A stretch of 64,000 bases of DNA from Candidatus Limnocylindrales bacterium. Lineage in GTDB: Bacteria > Moduliflexota > Moduliflexia > Moduliflexales > JAUQPW01. The notes under the pieces were generated by a model. The model was not told the DNA's origin and searched no databases. It was given only the letters and a program-made list of their open reading frames with translations. Of the stretch, positions 49,177-57,866 are shown one piece after another (position 1 is the first letter of the stretch; each line of letters opens with the position of its first letter). Both the position numbers and the translations under genes were made by a program. The DNA is taken from contig DATMBG010000044.1 of the NCBI GenBank assembly GCA_035559535.1, positions 124,001 through 188,000 of the forward strand. The letters are read 5' to 3'.

Positions 49177-49857
49177 ATGACTATAGATACGGTGATAAAA
49201 ATAGGAGGAAGCCTCAGCGCCGGTGGGAATCTACATCCCCTCATGCAAACCGTTGCGACTCTGGCCCATGACCATAACCTTTTGGTCGTTCCGGGAGGAG
49301 GAGGATTTGCCGATACGATTCGCTATTACTATCGAAAATACCGTTTGAGTGAGATAACTTCTCATCATATGGCCATTTTAGCTATGGATCAATTTGGACT
49401 CCTTCTCCACGATATAACCCCCCACAGCCAAGCGGTTAGGACGATTTCCGAGGCCAGACAAGCTCTGGCCCATAAGCAATTACCCATTTTGCTCCCTTCT
49501 ACACTCTTATTTAACCTGGATCCTTTACCCCATTCCTGGAGTGTTACCTCAGATTCCCTCGCAGCCTATATTACCCGAATCATAAAAGCGCGCAGGCTCA
49601 TTTTAATAAAGGATGTCGATGGAATTCTCTCTTTGGACCATAACCTTCTTCGTACTTCAGAAGAAAAACAGATTTTACCTGTACTTTTACGGTCCGTATC
49701 CATCTCGGATCTTCATCAATATAAATGTGTAGATAGTTACTTTTCTAAGGCTTTAGAAGGCATCTCAGAATGCTGGATTCTCAACGGAAACCATCCGGAA
49801 CGATTAACCCAGCTTTTAGAACAGGGTCAGGCCCTGGGAACACAAATACGATTTTAA
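49177..49857 (+). CDS. mfnE: Amino-acid-kinase-family protein, MfnE-like
   Basis: IKIGGSL, VPGGGGFAD, HHMAILAMDQ, HSWSVTSDSLA and KDVDG motifs. Confidence 0.78.
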   Translation: MTIDTVIKIGGSLSAGGNLHPLMQTVATLAHDHNLLVVPGGGGFADTIRYYYRKYRLSEITSHHMAILAMDQFGLLLHDITPHSQAVRTISEARQALAHKQLPILLPSTLLFNLDPLPHSWSVTSDSLAAYITRIIKARRLILIKDVDGILSLDHNLLRTSEEKQILPVLLRSVSISDLHQYKCVDSYFSKALEGISECWILNGNHPERLTQLLEQGQALGTQIRF

Positions 49858-49863
49858 AACCTT

Positions 49864-50778
49864 ATGACAGCCATTGAAGTTAAAGATTTGGTAAAAAAAT
49901 ATGATTCCATTACCGCCGTAAACGGAATTTCTTTAGAAGTTAAACCAGGAGAGTTTTTTGGATTTCTGGGTCCTAACGGGGCAGGGAAAACAACGACCAT
50001 CCATATCCTGTGCACGCTTCTTAAACCGACGAGCGGAAGTGCTAAAGTTAATGGATATGACTGTATCACGCAGGCTCTGCAGGTCCGTAGTTCCATCGGA
50101 CTTGTATTTCAGGAAACTACCCTGGATCGAGAACTCAGTGTTTATGAAAACCTGCTTTTCAATTGTTATCTTTACAACTTAAAGAAAAAAGTTACAGAAG
50201 CCCGAATCGACGAAATCCTGGAAGTTTCCGGCTTAAAAGATCGCAAGCATCACTCCATCATGAAGCTTTCCGGCGGGATGCGCCGGAACCTGGATATAGC
50301 CAGAGGCATTCTACACCGTCCCAAGATCCTTTTCCTGGATGAACCGACCATTGGACTGGATCCTCAAGCCCGTATTCATATCTGGGATTTTATTAATAAA
50401 CTCCGTAAGCAAGAAGCCATGACTGTCTTTCTCACCACACACTATATGGAAGAGGCCGAGAAGTGTGATAGAATCGGAATTATCGATCATGGTCGGTTGA
50501 TAGCTTTGGGAACTCCTGCCGAGTTAAAGCGAATGATTAAAGGAGATGTTATTCATCTTCGGACAACTCGGGATCTTGAAGTTGAACAACTGATCCAAAA
50601 ACAGTTCCAACTCAGTACCAAACGTACACCGGAAGGGATTTTTTTGGAAGTAGATTCCAGTGAAGCTTTTATTCCCCTTCTCTTTAAAACTTTTGGAGAT
50701 CAAATTCAGGCTATCAATATCAACCGACCTTCCTTAAATGATGTATTTCTTCATTTAACGGGAAGGGAGTTTAAGTAA
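49864..50778 (+). CDS. ABC transporter ATP-binding protein (ABC-2/PedB-like)
   Basis: GPNGAGKT, LSGGMRR, LDEPTIGLD and TTHYMEEA motifs. Confidence 0.92.
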   Translation: MTAIEVKDLVKKYDSITAVNGISLEVKPGEFFGFLGPNGAGKTTTIHILCTLLKPTSGSAKVNGYDCITQALQVRSSIGLVFQETTLDRELSVYENLLFNCYLYNLKKKVTEARIDEILEVSGLKDRKHHSIMKLSGGMRRNLDIARGILHRPKILFLDEPTIGLDPQARIHIWDFINKLRKQEAMTVFLTTHYMEEAEKCDRIGIIDHGRLIALGTPAELKRMIKGDVIHLRTTRDLEVEQLIQKQFQLSTKRTPEGIFLEVDSSEAFIPLLFKTFGDQIQAININRPSLNDVFLHLTGREFK

Positions 50779-50876
50779 ACTAAAGTGTCTTTTAAGCACC
50801 TGAGGGGGATTTCGTTTCCATATCTTATGTTGGTGGTAAGTTTAAGTAAACTAAAGTGTCTTTTAAGCACCTGAGG
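50768..50876. repeat. Perfect 38-bp direct repeat separated by a 33-bp spacer
   Basis: agtttaagtaaactaaagtgtcttttaagcacctgagg at 50768-50805 and 50839-50876. Confidence 0.9.
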
Positions 50877-50931
50877 TGGCAAAAGTCTCTACCTTGCTGT
50901 TTTTAAATATTTATCTTGAAGGATCGTGAAG

Positions 50932-51020
50932 AGTGTATAAGGAAGTATAGGAGTAGAGGGGTAAATTCTCCTCACTTCCATACTCTTATACTCCCATACT
51001 TCTCTACTTCCACACCTCCA
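50932..51020. repeat. 8-nt short tandem repeats with inverted halves
   Basis: agtgtata aggaagta taggagta ... ttccatac tcttatac tcccatac ttctctac. Confidence 0.65.
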
Positions 51021-51022
51021 CT

Positions 51023-51826
51023 ATGTTGGCTTTTAAACCTATTTATATTATAATGGTTCGGGAATTTAAGCGGTTTTTTCGTCAGAAAGGACGATTTTTC
51101 AGCGCATTGGCCCGACCTTTGATATGGCTTTTTGTGATTGGATCAGGCCTTGCCCAAATCGTCCAGGCACCTGACGGATTTTCTTATAAACAGTTTATTT
51201 TTCCCGGAATTCTAGGCATGGTTGTCCTTTTTCAGTCCATGCTTTCTTCTTTATCCACTGTGTACGATAGGGAATTTGGAATTGTCCGTCTATTGCTTGT
51301 CGCTCCGATCACAAAATTAACGGTTGTCATTGGAAAAATAGCCAGTGGTTCCTTTTTGGCTACTACCCAGGGGGTTATTTTATTGATTCTGGCCCCTTTT
51401 TTAGGGATTAAGATTGGATTTGTGCAGTTCCTCAGCATGTTAATCTTTCTCATCCTCACGGCCATCGCAATCAGTTCTCTGGGAATGCTGATAGCGACCC
51501 AGATGAACTCCCTGGAGAATTTTGCTGGAGTCATGAATTTTGTTATTTTCCCTATGTTTTTTCTGAGCGGTGGGCTCTATCCGGTAAAACTCCTTCCTAG
51601 GGTCCTTCAAGTCATTGTGTATATCAATCCCCTTACCTATGGAATTGACCTCTTCAAACATACGTTACTTCCTGAGATTTACCGTACCGGAAGAGGTACC
51701 GATTTTCCGATGGAATTTGATATTTTTATGCTGTTACTCTTTACCACGGTCATGGCCTCCCTGGCCGTAGCGTTCTTCAATAGGGAAGGAAAATTGGTTT
51801 TATTGGGGCGGAGACCGAGGGGATAA
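51023..51826 (+). CDS. ABC-2 permease, PedC-like (quinoprotein alcohol dehydrogenase-associated)
   Basis: REFKRFFRQKGRFFSALARPLIWLFV, QSMLSSLSTVYDREFG, LENFAGVMNFVIFPMFFLS and NPLTYGID. Confidence 0.8.
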   Translation: MLAFKPIYIIMVREFKRFFRQKGRFFSALARPLIWLFVIGSGLAQIVQAPDGFSYKQFIFPGILGMVVLFQSMLSSLSTVYDREFGIVRLLLVAPITKLTVVIGKIASGSFLATTQGVILLILAPFLGIKIGFVQFLSMLIFLILTAIAISSLGMLIATQMNSLENFAGVMNFVIFPMFFLSGGLYPVKLLPRVLQVIVYINPLTYGIDLFKHTLLPEIYRTGRGTDFPMEFDIFMLLLFTTVMASLAVAFFNREGKLVLLGRRPRG

Positions 51827-51861
51827 GAGGATAGAAAAGGCAAAGAAAGATCTTAAGGTGT

Positions 51862-53271
51862 TCAGCCTGTCATCGAACTATAGACAGTTTTGGCCGGGAG
51901 TTGTTTAAGCTCTACTGGAGTTAAGGGATAAGACTCTTGGGAAGGGGGAAGAAAGTCTATTAATGTTCCCCAGTTATTGCAAAAATGACAGTAATCTCGC
52001 CACGTATCATACAAAGCCTTACATACCTCGCATTCAAAATGAATCAGCCTGGAGTCTGTAAGTTTCATGGCGGTTTGATAGGCTTCAAGGGCGGCTTCGG
52101 TTTTAGAAGAGCGCTGATAGAGAGTTGCCAAAAGGTAATATATCTGAGGGATCTCAGGATTTTTAGCCTGTAGATCTAGAAGTTTTTCTTCGGCCTGTTC
52201 TCGCATTTCCAATCTCAAATAAAGTCTGGCCAGTGCTAATTTAAGCTGGGGTAGATCTTGCTTGGTTAAAAGATCTTGATAGAGGGCAATCGCTTGCTGG
52301 GGCTTACCTTGCTGGTAATAATAATCTTCTATTTTCTTTAAAACCACAGTAGATAGGGTATTCTCCAGACTTTTTTCCCAGATCTTGCGGGCATTTTTCT
52401 GCTGATCTTCGCTCAGGTAGAGGTCTGTAAGCGCCAAAATTGCCGGCACAAAGTTGGACATAACCTCTAAGCTACTCTCCAGAGAGGATCGGGCTTTTTC
52501 TTTCTCCCCCTGATCCCTTTGCCGTAAGCCCAGCCTATAATAAAGAGAAGCTAACAGACGTTGATCTGCTTTGGACCGACTCCGTATCCGTGTAAAGGTT
52601 TCAATGGCTTCTTCATAAAGTCCTGCTTTCTCCTGTAATTCCAGAAGTTTACTTATAACTGCGGGGGCATAATAATTTATCTCCAGAACCTTTCGATAAG
52701 TTTTAATAGCCTCTATGAAATTACCCAGCAACGTCCAATCTTCGGCAGCACCCAGGAGTGCAGAAATGTTTTCGGGATCTTTAGAGAGTACGAAACTATC
52801 ATGTTCCAGGGCACTTTTATAATCCTGTTTTTGTCGATAAACCTCTGCCAACTCCAGATGAAGCTCCGGTTCATCGGGCATCCTCTTAAGAATTTTTTGA
52901 TAGTCCGCAATTGCCTTATCATACTCTCCCATTAAACTGCTGGCTTTGGCTCGGGCTCGAAGCGTTAAGATGGTCTGCTCTCGACTTTCAGCACGTTTTC
53001 GTTTCAGATAAGGATATAAAGCCAGAAGTGCAGCTCCCAGGGAGAGAAGAAAGGCTGCAAGGACACCAAAAAAGAAGGACATTAACACTACCACCGCAAC
53101 TGAAACCTCCCCTGTTCGCCACTCCTTGTCCAAAAGAAACGGAATATGAAGATGGTAGCGCAGCTCTAGAGTACCTGGATTTTGAAAAGTAAAAATGCCT
53201 ACCAAGATACAGGCGATAAGGAACATCAAAACGGTTGGAATGATAACAGCCATTGCAGGCAAACGTTTCAT
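51862..53271 (-). CDS. LapA-LapB-like fusion (LPS assembly; TPR repeats, C-terminal rubredoxin-like CxxC pairs)
   Basis: N-terminal TM-FQN-TM (LapA-like), multiple TPRs, then CEVC...CHFC. Confidence 0.72.
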   Translation of the reverse strand: MKRLPAMAVIIPTVLMFLIACILVGIFTFQNPGTLELRYHLHIPFLLDKEWRTGEVSVAVVVLMSFFFGVLAAFLLSLGAALLALYPYLKRKRAESREQTILTLRARAKASSLMGEYDKAIADYQKILKRMPDEPELHLELAEVYRQKQDYKSALEHDSFVLSKDPENISALLGAAEDWTLLGNFIEAIKTYRKVLEINYYAPAVISKLLELQEKAGLYEEAIETFTRIRSRSKADQRLLASLYYRLGLRQRDQGEKEKARSSLESSLEVMSNFVPAILALTDLYLSEDQQKNARKIWEKSLENTLSTVVLKKIEDYYYQQGKPQQAIALYQDLLTKQDLPQLKLALARLYLRLEMREQAEEKLLDLQAKNPEIPQIYYLLATLYQRSSKTEAALEAYQTAMKLTDSRLIHFECEVCKALYDTWRDYCHFCNNWGTLIDFLPPSQESYPLTPVELKQLPAKTVYSSMTG

Positions 53272-53287
53272 AATCAGGCAGTTCTTT

Positions 53288-54025
53288 TTACGATTGTTCT
53301 GGTTTCTTGGTTGGGGTCCCAGTGGGTTTTTCTTCAGGGCCGGGGACCGATTGGGTTTCAGGTTTTACAGGTGGCGTATTGTTTACGTTTCCGAGCTTAT
53401 CCAGGATGTCGCTTAAAAGCTTGGCAACAGAAGGAGTCGGATTTTGAAGTTGAACCGCTATATCCTGCAGAGATTGCTGAAGTTTTTGAATACTGAGCTT
53501 TTGATCTCCTGCCAAAGTTTCTGAAATTTTAGATAATCGATTCCTGGCTTTCTCAATTTCGCCGGCTGCTTTCGCATAATCCCCATCCCTCAAAATAGCC
53601 ATATGGGCATGTTCTATAAAACTATAAACTCCCTGAAGCTGGATAAGCGCATTTATCTGATTCACCCGTGCTTCCGTAAGCTTTATTTGTTGATCAATCT
53701 GAGATTTTGCCGATTGAATCTCATCGCTTAAAGCCTTAGATACTAACTTAACATTCTTGTCTGTATCTTGTTGGATTTTGGTTAAGTTTTGTTCGGTTTC
53801 CAACAGCTTACCTTGTAAAATCTCAATTAAAGCAGAATGTCTCATGACTTCCGATTTATAAGAAAAAGCTACGACCAGGGAGAAGAGGCTTATAATAACC
53901 GAAATAAGGGTGAGACCCTTCCAAAACAATTGGGAGGAATATCTTGTATTTTGCTTAATCCCTTGGGAGATATTTTCTGGAATTGTCATGCTCTTGAACA
54001 AAGGGTAAACTAGTCTTTTGAACAC
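53288..54025 (-). CDS. Membrane-anchored coiled-coil hypothetical protein
   Basis: Single TM segment, long heptad-rich helix and Pro-rich tail. Confidence 0.7.
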   Translation of the reverse strand: MFKRLVYPLFKSMTIPENISQGIKQNTRYSSQLFWKGLTLISVIISLFSLVVAFSYKSEVMRHSALIEILQGKLLETEQNLTKIQQDTDKNVKLVSKALSDEIQSAKSQIDQQIKLTEARVNQINALIQLQGVYSFIEHAHMAILRDGDYAKAAGEIEKARNRLSKISETLAGDQKLSIQKLQQSLQDIAVQLQNPTPSVAKLLSDILDKLGNVNNTPPVKPETQSVPGPEEKPTGTPTKKPEQS

Positions 54026-54031
54026 TCAGCT

Positions 54032-54283
54032 TTATTTAAGCTCCAGGCTCAACTTACTAATTTCCCGATCCTGTTCCGCAAGTTCTTCAATCAAGCTTTT
54101 AAGTGAAGGATCCAGGGAAGCATCCGATACTCTGTTTACAGCCGCATTAAAAACGAGCTTACCTAATTCCTTAAACTTTTTTAATCTGGTCCTTCTCAGA
54201 TGGGCAAGACGTACTTTTATTGAAATTCTTCGGGTAAAATCACCGATATACCTTCTTATTTCTGAAATCCAATCTTTTACCAC
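54032..54283 (-). CDS. Small helical hypothetical protein
   Basis: KKFKELGKLVF...LIEELAEQDREI. The tracked N-terminal part is translated repeat, so the start is moved to GTG at 54283. Confidence 0.55.
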   Translation of the reverse strand: MVKDWISEIRRYIGDFTRRISIKVRLAHLRRTRLKKFKELGKLVFNAAVNRVSDASLDPSLKSLIEELAEQDREISKLSLELK

Positions 54284-54286
54284 AGA

Positions 54287-54420
54287 TGGAGTAAGGGGTA
54301 TGGGAGTGTGGGGGTATGGAAGTAGGGGGGTATTAAAAATTTCTCCCACACTTTTCTACTCCCACACTCCCATACTTCTCACTCCTACCCTCCCATCCTG
54401 ACACTCCGCTACTTCTCTAT
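54287..54420. repeat. 8-nt short tandem repeats with inverted halves
   Basis: tggagtaa ggggtatg ggagtgtg ggggtatg gaagtagg ... ctcccaca cttttcta ctcccaca ctcccata. Confidence 0.8.
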
Positions 54421-54425
54421 ATCGG

Positions 54426-55403
54426 TTATACAAGTACCCATAAAATACCCATGGAATGAACAGTAATATCTAATTTCTCGGGCTTTATTTGAATACTCTC
54501 GGTCAACTTCAAATATTCTTTAAACCTCTCTTCAATGGCTACAACTTCCTGCTCTAATTCGAAGTTGAGGTCATAAAGCTGTTGTCTCAGTTCATCAAAT
54601 GGGTCCAGTTTATCTGGCCTATTTTTCACTTTGTTCAGATTATCATGATCTTTCCCACTTTGAACTATCTCATCCACGGATCTCCTTCCCTGTAAGAAGG
54701 CCAAGACAGGTTCCCCGGCGGTCAAGAGCACTTCACGTTTTCTGGCTGTATACTCCATCTCATCGGATATAAGCACATCTTTCTCACTCATGAATCTCTT
54801 TTCTATTTGGTCAAAGCGTCTTTGGTAAACATTTCGGAGATTTTCAATGGCATCTTGAATTTTCTCATCAATAATCCCTTCACATTTAAGCTGAAACTCC
54901 TCCAGAGATTCTTTTAAGCCAGAGTAAATTTGTAGTCCAGGGTTATAATATATAACCAAAAAATAGTCCCTGTAAAGATGTTCTTTAAGCTCTTTCTCAA
55001 GCTCCGTGAAATCATTCATTTTACTTAAAGCACTGGGAAGTCTATCGTGAAGGGCATCCTCCTCAGGGGTAGCCTGTAAATCTGCTTTAGAGATCTGGAA
55101 GGAACTCCGGCTCCAGTCTACAAAGGGATAAAAATCCATGAATGGAGCGGCGAGATGGAACTCCTTAGACACATGAATATTGGCGCGTTTATAATCAAAA
55201 TTAATCTCAACTCTGGCATAAATAGCAGGTTTATAAAGCTTTTTCCCCTTAGCTCCTTCTCGCCAGTCATCAAAAGACTTTAAGAATTTATCTGCTTCTT
55301 CTTTCAACAGAGCAGAACTTTTTAAATAAAGCTGATCCCCTGTTAACAAAGTTGAAAGCAAATGTTGAGATCTACCCTGCTTATGCATTGTAATAAAACT
55401 CAC
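54426..55403 (-). CDS. Hypothetical protein resembling the C-terminal region of HerA/DUF87-like ATPases
   Basis: LYRDYFLVIYYNPGLQIYSGLKESLEEFQLKC...LRNVY...GILWV; no Walker motifs. Confidence 0.6.
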   Translation of the reverse strand: MSFITMHKQGRSQHLLSTLLTGDQLYLKSSALLKEEADKFLKSFDDWREGAKGKKLYKPAIYARVEINFDYKRANIHVSKEFHLAAPFMDFYPFVDWSRSSFQISKADLQATPEEDALHDRLPSALSKMNDFTELEKELKEHLYRDYFLVIYYNPGLQIYSGLKESLEEFQLKCEGIIDEKIQDAIENLRNVYQRRFDQIEKRFMSEKDVLISDEMEYTARKREVLLTAGEPVLAFLQGRRSVDEIVQSGKDHDNLNKVKNRPDKLDPFDELRQQLYDLNFELEQEVVAIEERFKEYLKLTESIQIKPEKLDITVHSMGILWVLV

Positions 55404-55535
55404 TTTAAGAGCAGATTATCCATAGGTTAAAAACCTATATTAACTTTAATGTGTAAAGCTCAGAGTTATTTTTCAAAATAACAACCCTATCATAAAAGGA
55501 AATATTTTGCCTTGTCAATAATAAAGTTGTAAGAC

Positions 55536-55657
55536 GTAACTGTAACAATTTAGTAGATGTCACTTTTTCTGTCTGAATACCCCCCCCCGCTAGCCTCCCT
55601 CCAGGGGGGCCAGCGGGGGGGTGTTTCTTTTTCCATCTACTAAATTGATATGAATAC
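55536..55657. mobile_element. MITE-like element, family 1, copy B
   Basis: gtaactgtaacaatttagtagatgtcactttttctgtctgaa ... gtgtttctttttccatctactaaattgatatgaatac. Arms nearly identical to 3541-3695; flanks ttgtaagac/tttcaagac. Confidence 0.8.
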
Positions 55658-55761
55658 TTTCAAGACTAACTGAAAGGCGTAAGGAAGGAAGTAGTCCTTG
55701 ATGAGTTCTCTCTACCTGTGACTTTTCATCAAAGAGTACTTCATCTTATGATTCTACAGGA

Positions 55762-56922
55762 ATGATATCTAAAAAAGCGATGGAAATATCTCCCTTTATT
55801 GTTATGGAAGTTCTAGAAAGGGCCCATGAGATAGAAAAGCAGGAAAAAGGTTCGGTCATTCACCTGGAGGTTGGGGAGCCTGATTTTAACACCCCTTCCT
55901 GCATTATCGAAGCTGCCGTAGAAGCCCTTCGACAGGGAGATACCCACTACACCCATAGCATGGGGCTTCTAGAACTTCGAGAAGCCATTGCCCGGCATTA
56001 TCAGGAAAAGTATCAAGTTTGTATTTCACCGGACCAGATTATTGTAACTTCAGGAACGTCCCCGGCTCTATTTCTCATTTTTGCTTCCCTCCTTGAACCT
56101 GGGGATGAAGTTATTTTATCTAATCCTTGCTATGCCTGTTATCCCAATTTTATAACCCTGCTAGGTGGAGTTCCCTGCTATGTGGAGGTTGAAGAAAAAG
56201 AAGGGTTCCAATATACGCCGGAGAAAATTAACGAAAAACTCTCCAAACGGACCAAGGCTATTTTACTTAACTCTCCCTCAAATCCTACCGGCAACCTGTT
56301 ATCTGCAGAAACCATGCAACGTATCGCTTGTTTTTCGCCTTTTATTATTTCAGATGAAATTTACCATGGTCTGGTTTATGAAGGAAGGGAACATTCTATC
56401 TTAGAATTTACCCGTCGTGCTTTTGTTTTAAACGGATTTTCCAAGCTATACGCTATGACAGGATGGCGTTTAGGTTATGTAATAGCTCCCCCGGAATTTG
56501 TTCGTCCCATGCAGAAAATTCAGCAGAACTTTTTTATCTCTGCCAGTTCCTTTGCTCAACGGGGTGGAATTGCAGCTTTAACTCTTCCTCAGGTTAAAGA
56601 AGAAGTTCAGAGGATGGTCGATCTCTACAATATAAGAAGAAAACTCATGCTAAGAAAATTACGAGAGGGTGGATTTGAAATTACCGTGGACCCTACCGGT
56701 GCCTTTTATGTATTTGCCCGCGCCGATAGGTTTGGAAAGGATTCCTATAAACTGGCCTTTGATATTTTAGAAAATGCCCATGTGGCCGTTACCCCTGGAA
56801 TTGATTTCGGAAAAAAAGGAGAAGGATATCTGCGATTTTCCTATGCTAACTCCATAGAGAACATCGAAGAAGGTCTTCGAAGAATAAATCAGTATCTTCA
56901 TCAAAGAATCCCCCTGGGTTAG
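55762..56922 (+). CDS. PLP-dependent class I/II aminotransferase (MfnC/aspartate aminotransferase-like)
   Basis: HLEVGEPDF, NSPSNPTG, SDEIYHG, FSKLYAMTGWRLG and LRFSYA motifs. Confidence 0.9.
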   Translation: MISKKAMEISPFIVMEVLERAHEIEKQEKGSVIHLEVGEPDFNTPSCIIEAAVEALRQGDTHYTHSMGLLELREAIARHYQEKYQVCISPDQIIVTSGTSPALFLIFASLLEPGDEVILSNPCYACYPNFITLLGGVPCYVEVEEKEGFQYTPEKINEKLSKRTKAILLNSPSNPTGNLLSAETMQRIACFSPFIISDEIYHGLVYEGREHSILEFTRRAFVLNGFSKLYAMTGWRLGYVIAPPEFVRPMQKIQQNFFISASSFAQRGGIAALTLPQVKEEVQRMVDLYNIRRKLMLRKLREGGFEITVDPTGAFYVFARADRFGKDSYKLAFDILENAHVAVTPGIDFGKKGEGYLRFSYANSIENIEEGLRRINQYLHQRIPLG

Positions 56923-57050
56923 TTAAAGAATGTCAAAATTTTTTCTTGACTTTAGATAGATAAGTCTTTTATAACAATCCGCGTAGCAGTTCTACCCTGG
57001 AAGCTATAGGTTGGGATATGGATAGGCTTCCAGGGGAGTAACTAAATAGC

Positions 57051-57485
57051 GTGCTGTTCCCAAAATTCAGATTACTGGAAAGGAGGGTTGGAGTGATAAG
57101 GGAAATCTTGAGGAGGACAGGTTATGGGATGGTGGCTTTTGTGCTCATGATAGCAGGTATCATGCCTCACGTGATATCTGCTGCTGAAGGAAATCCGCCT
57201 GCAGCCGGAGATCCCGAACATGGAAAAGCACTTTTTCTTAGATATTGTCAGGGGTGCCATGGCCCAGATGGAAGGGGAGGAGCCCAGACTTTTATGCCCC
57301 ACGTGGATAATCTCACCCGAAAGGGATACATCGAGAAGCTTTCTGATGAGTATCTGTTTCAGGTAATATCCAAAGGAGGAGCTGCCATGGGAAAAAGTGC
57401 TTATATGCCAGCCTGGGAAAAAGTATTGCAGAGGCAAGATATCTTGGATGTGATTGCCCATATCCGGAAACTTCCTACCTATTGA
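57051..57485 (+). CDS. Mono-haem c-type cytochrome, exported
   Basis: CQGCH, YMPAW axial Met and a hydrophobic signal; start uncertain. Confidence 0.88.
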   Translation: MLFPKFRLLERRVGVIREILRRTGYGMVAFVLMIAGIMPHVISAAEGNPPAAGDPEHGKALFLRYCQGCHGPDGRGGAQTFMPHVDNLTRKGYIEKLSDEYLFQVISKGGAAMGKSAYMPAWEKVLQRQDILDVIAHIRKLPTY

Positions 57486-57866
57486 TATGTTTATACTCGA
57501 GTTCTAGACGGGAGTCGATCCGGGACCGGGGAAAGATGATAGGGAATCCTAAAGAAATGGAAAAACCTGGTCTTTTTCTTATCCCTCAATCTTCGATCCT
57601 CTCTCCTCGATCTTCAAACCGTTTAGTACAAAAGTTCAGTGTCTAAAGTCACCTGATGGCTTATGCGGTAAGGTGATTCAAAGAATCGGTAAAGTTTTGT
57701 AATTGGCTGGATAGAAGGTGTTGGAGAGGTTTATGCTTTTGATCTATTTCTAAAAAGATACTCATGAAAGTAGCTATATAGGTCTTCTCCTTTCTCCCAG
57801 GGCATAGAAGAGGAATGAGGAGCGGGGATAACCTGAATAGTTACAATCAGGAAGAAGGAGAAAATA

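Noticed and set aside
50768..50876. Calling a bona fide CRISPR array
   Set aside because: Only two repeats, overlap with a coding 3' end, and no cas genes or leader; kept as a repeat and a finding.
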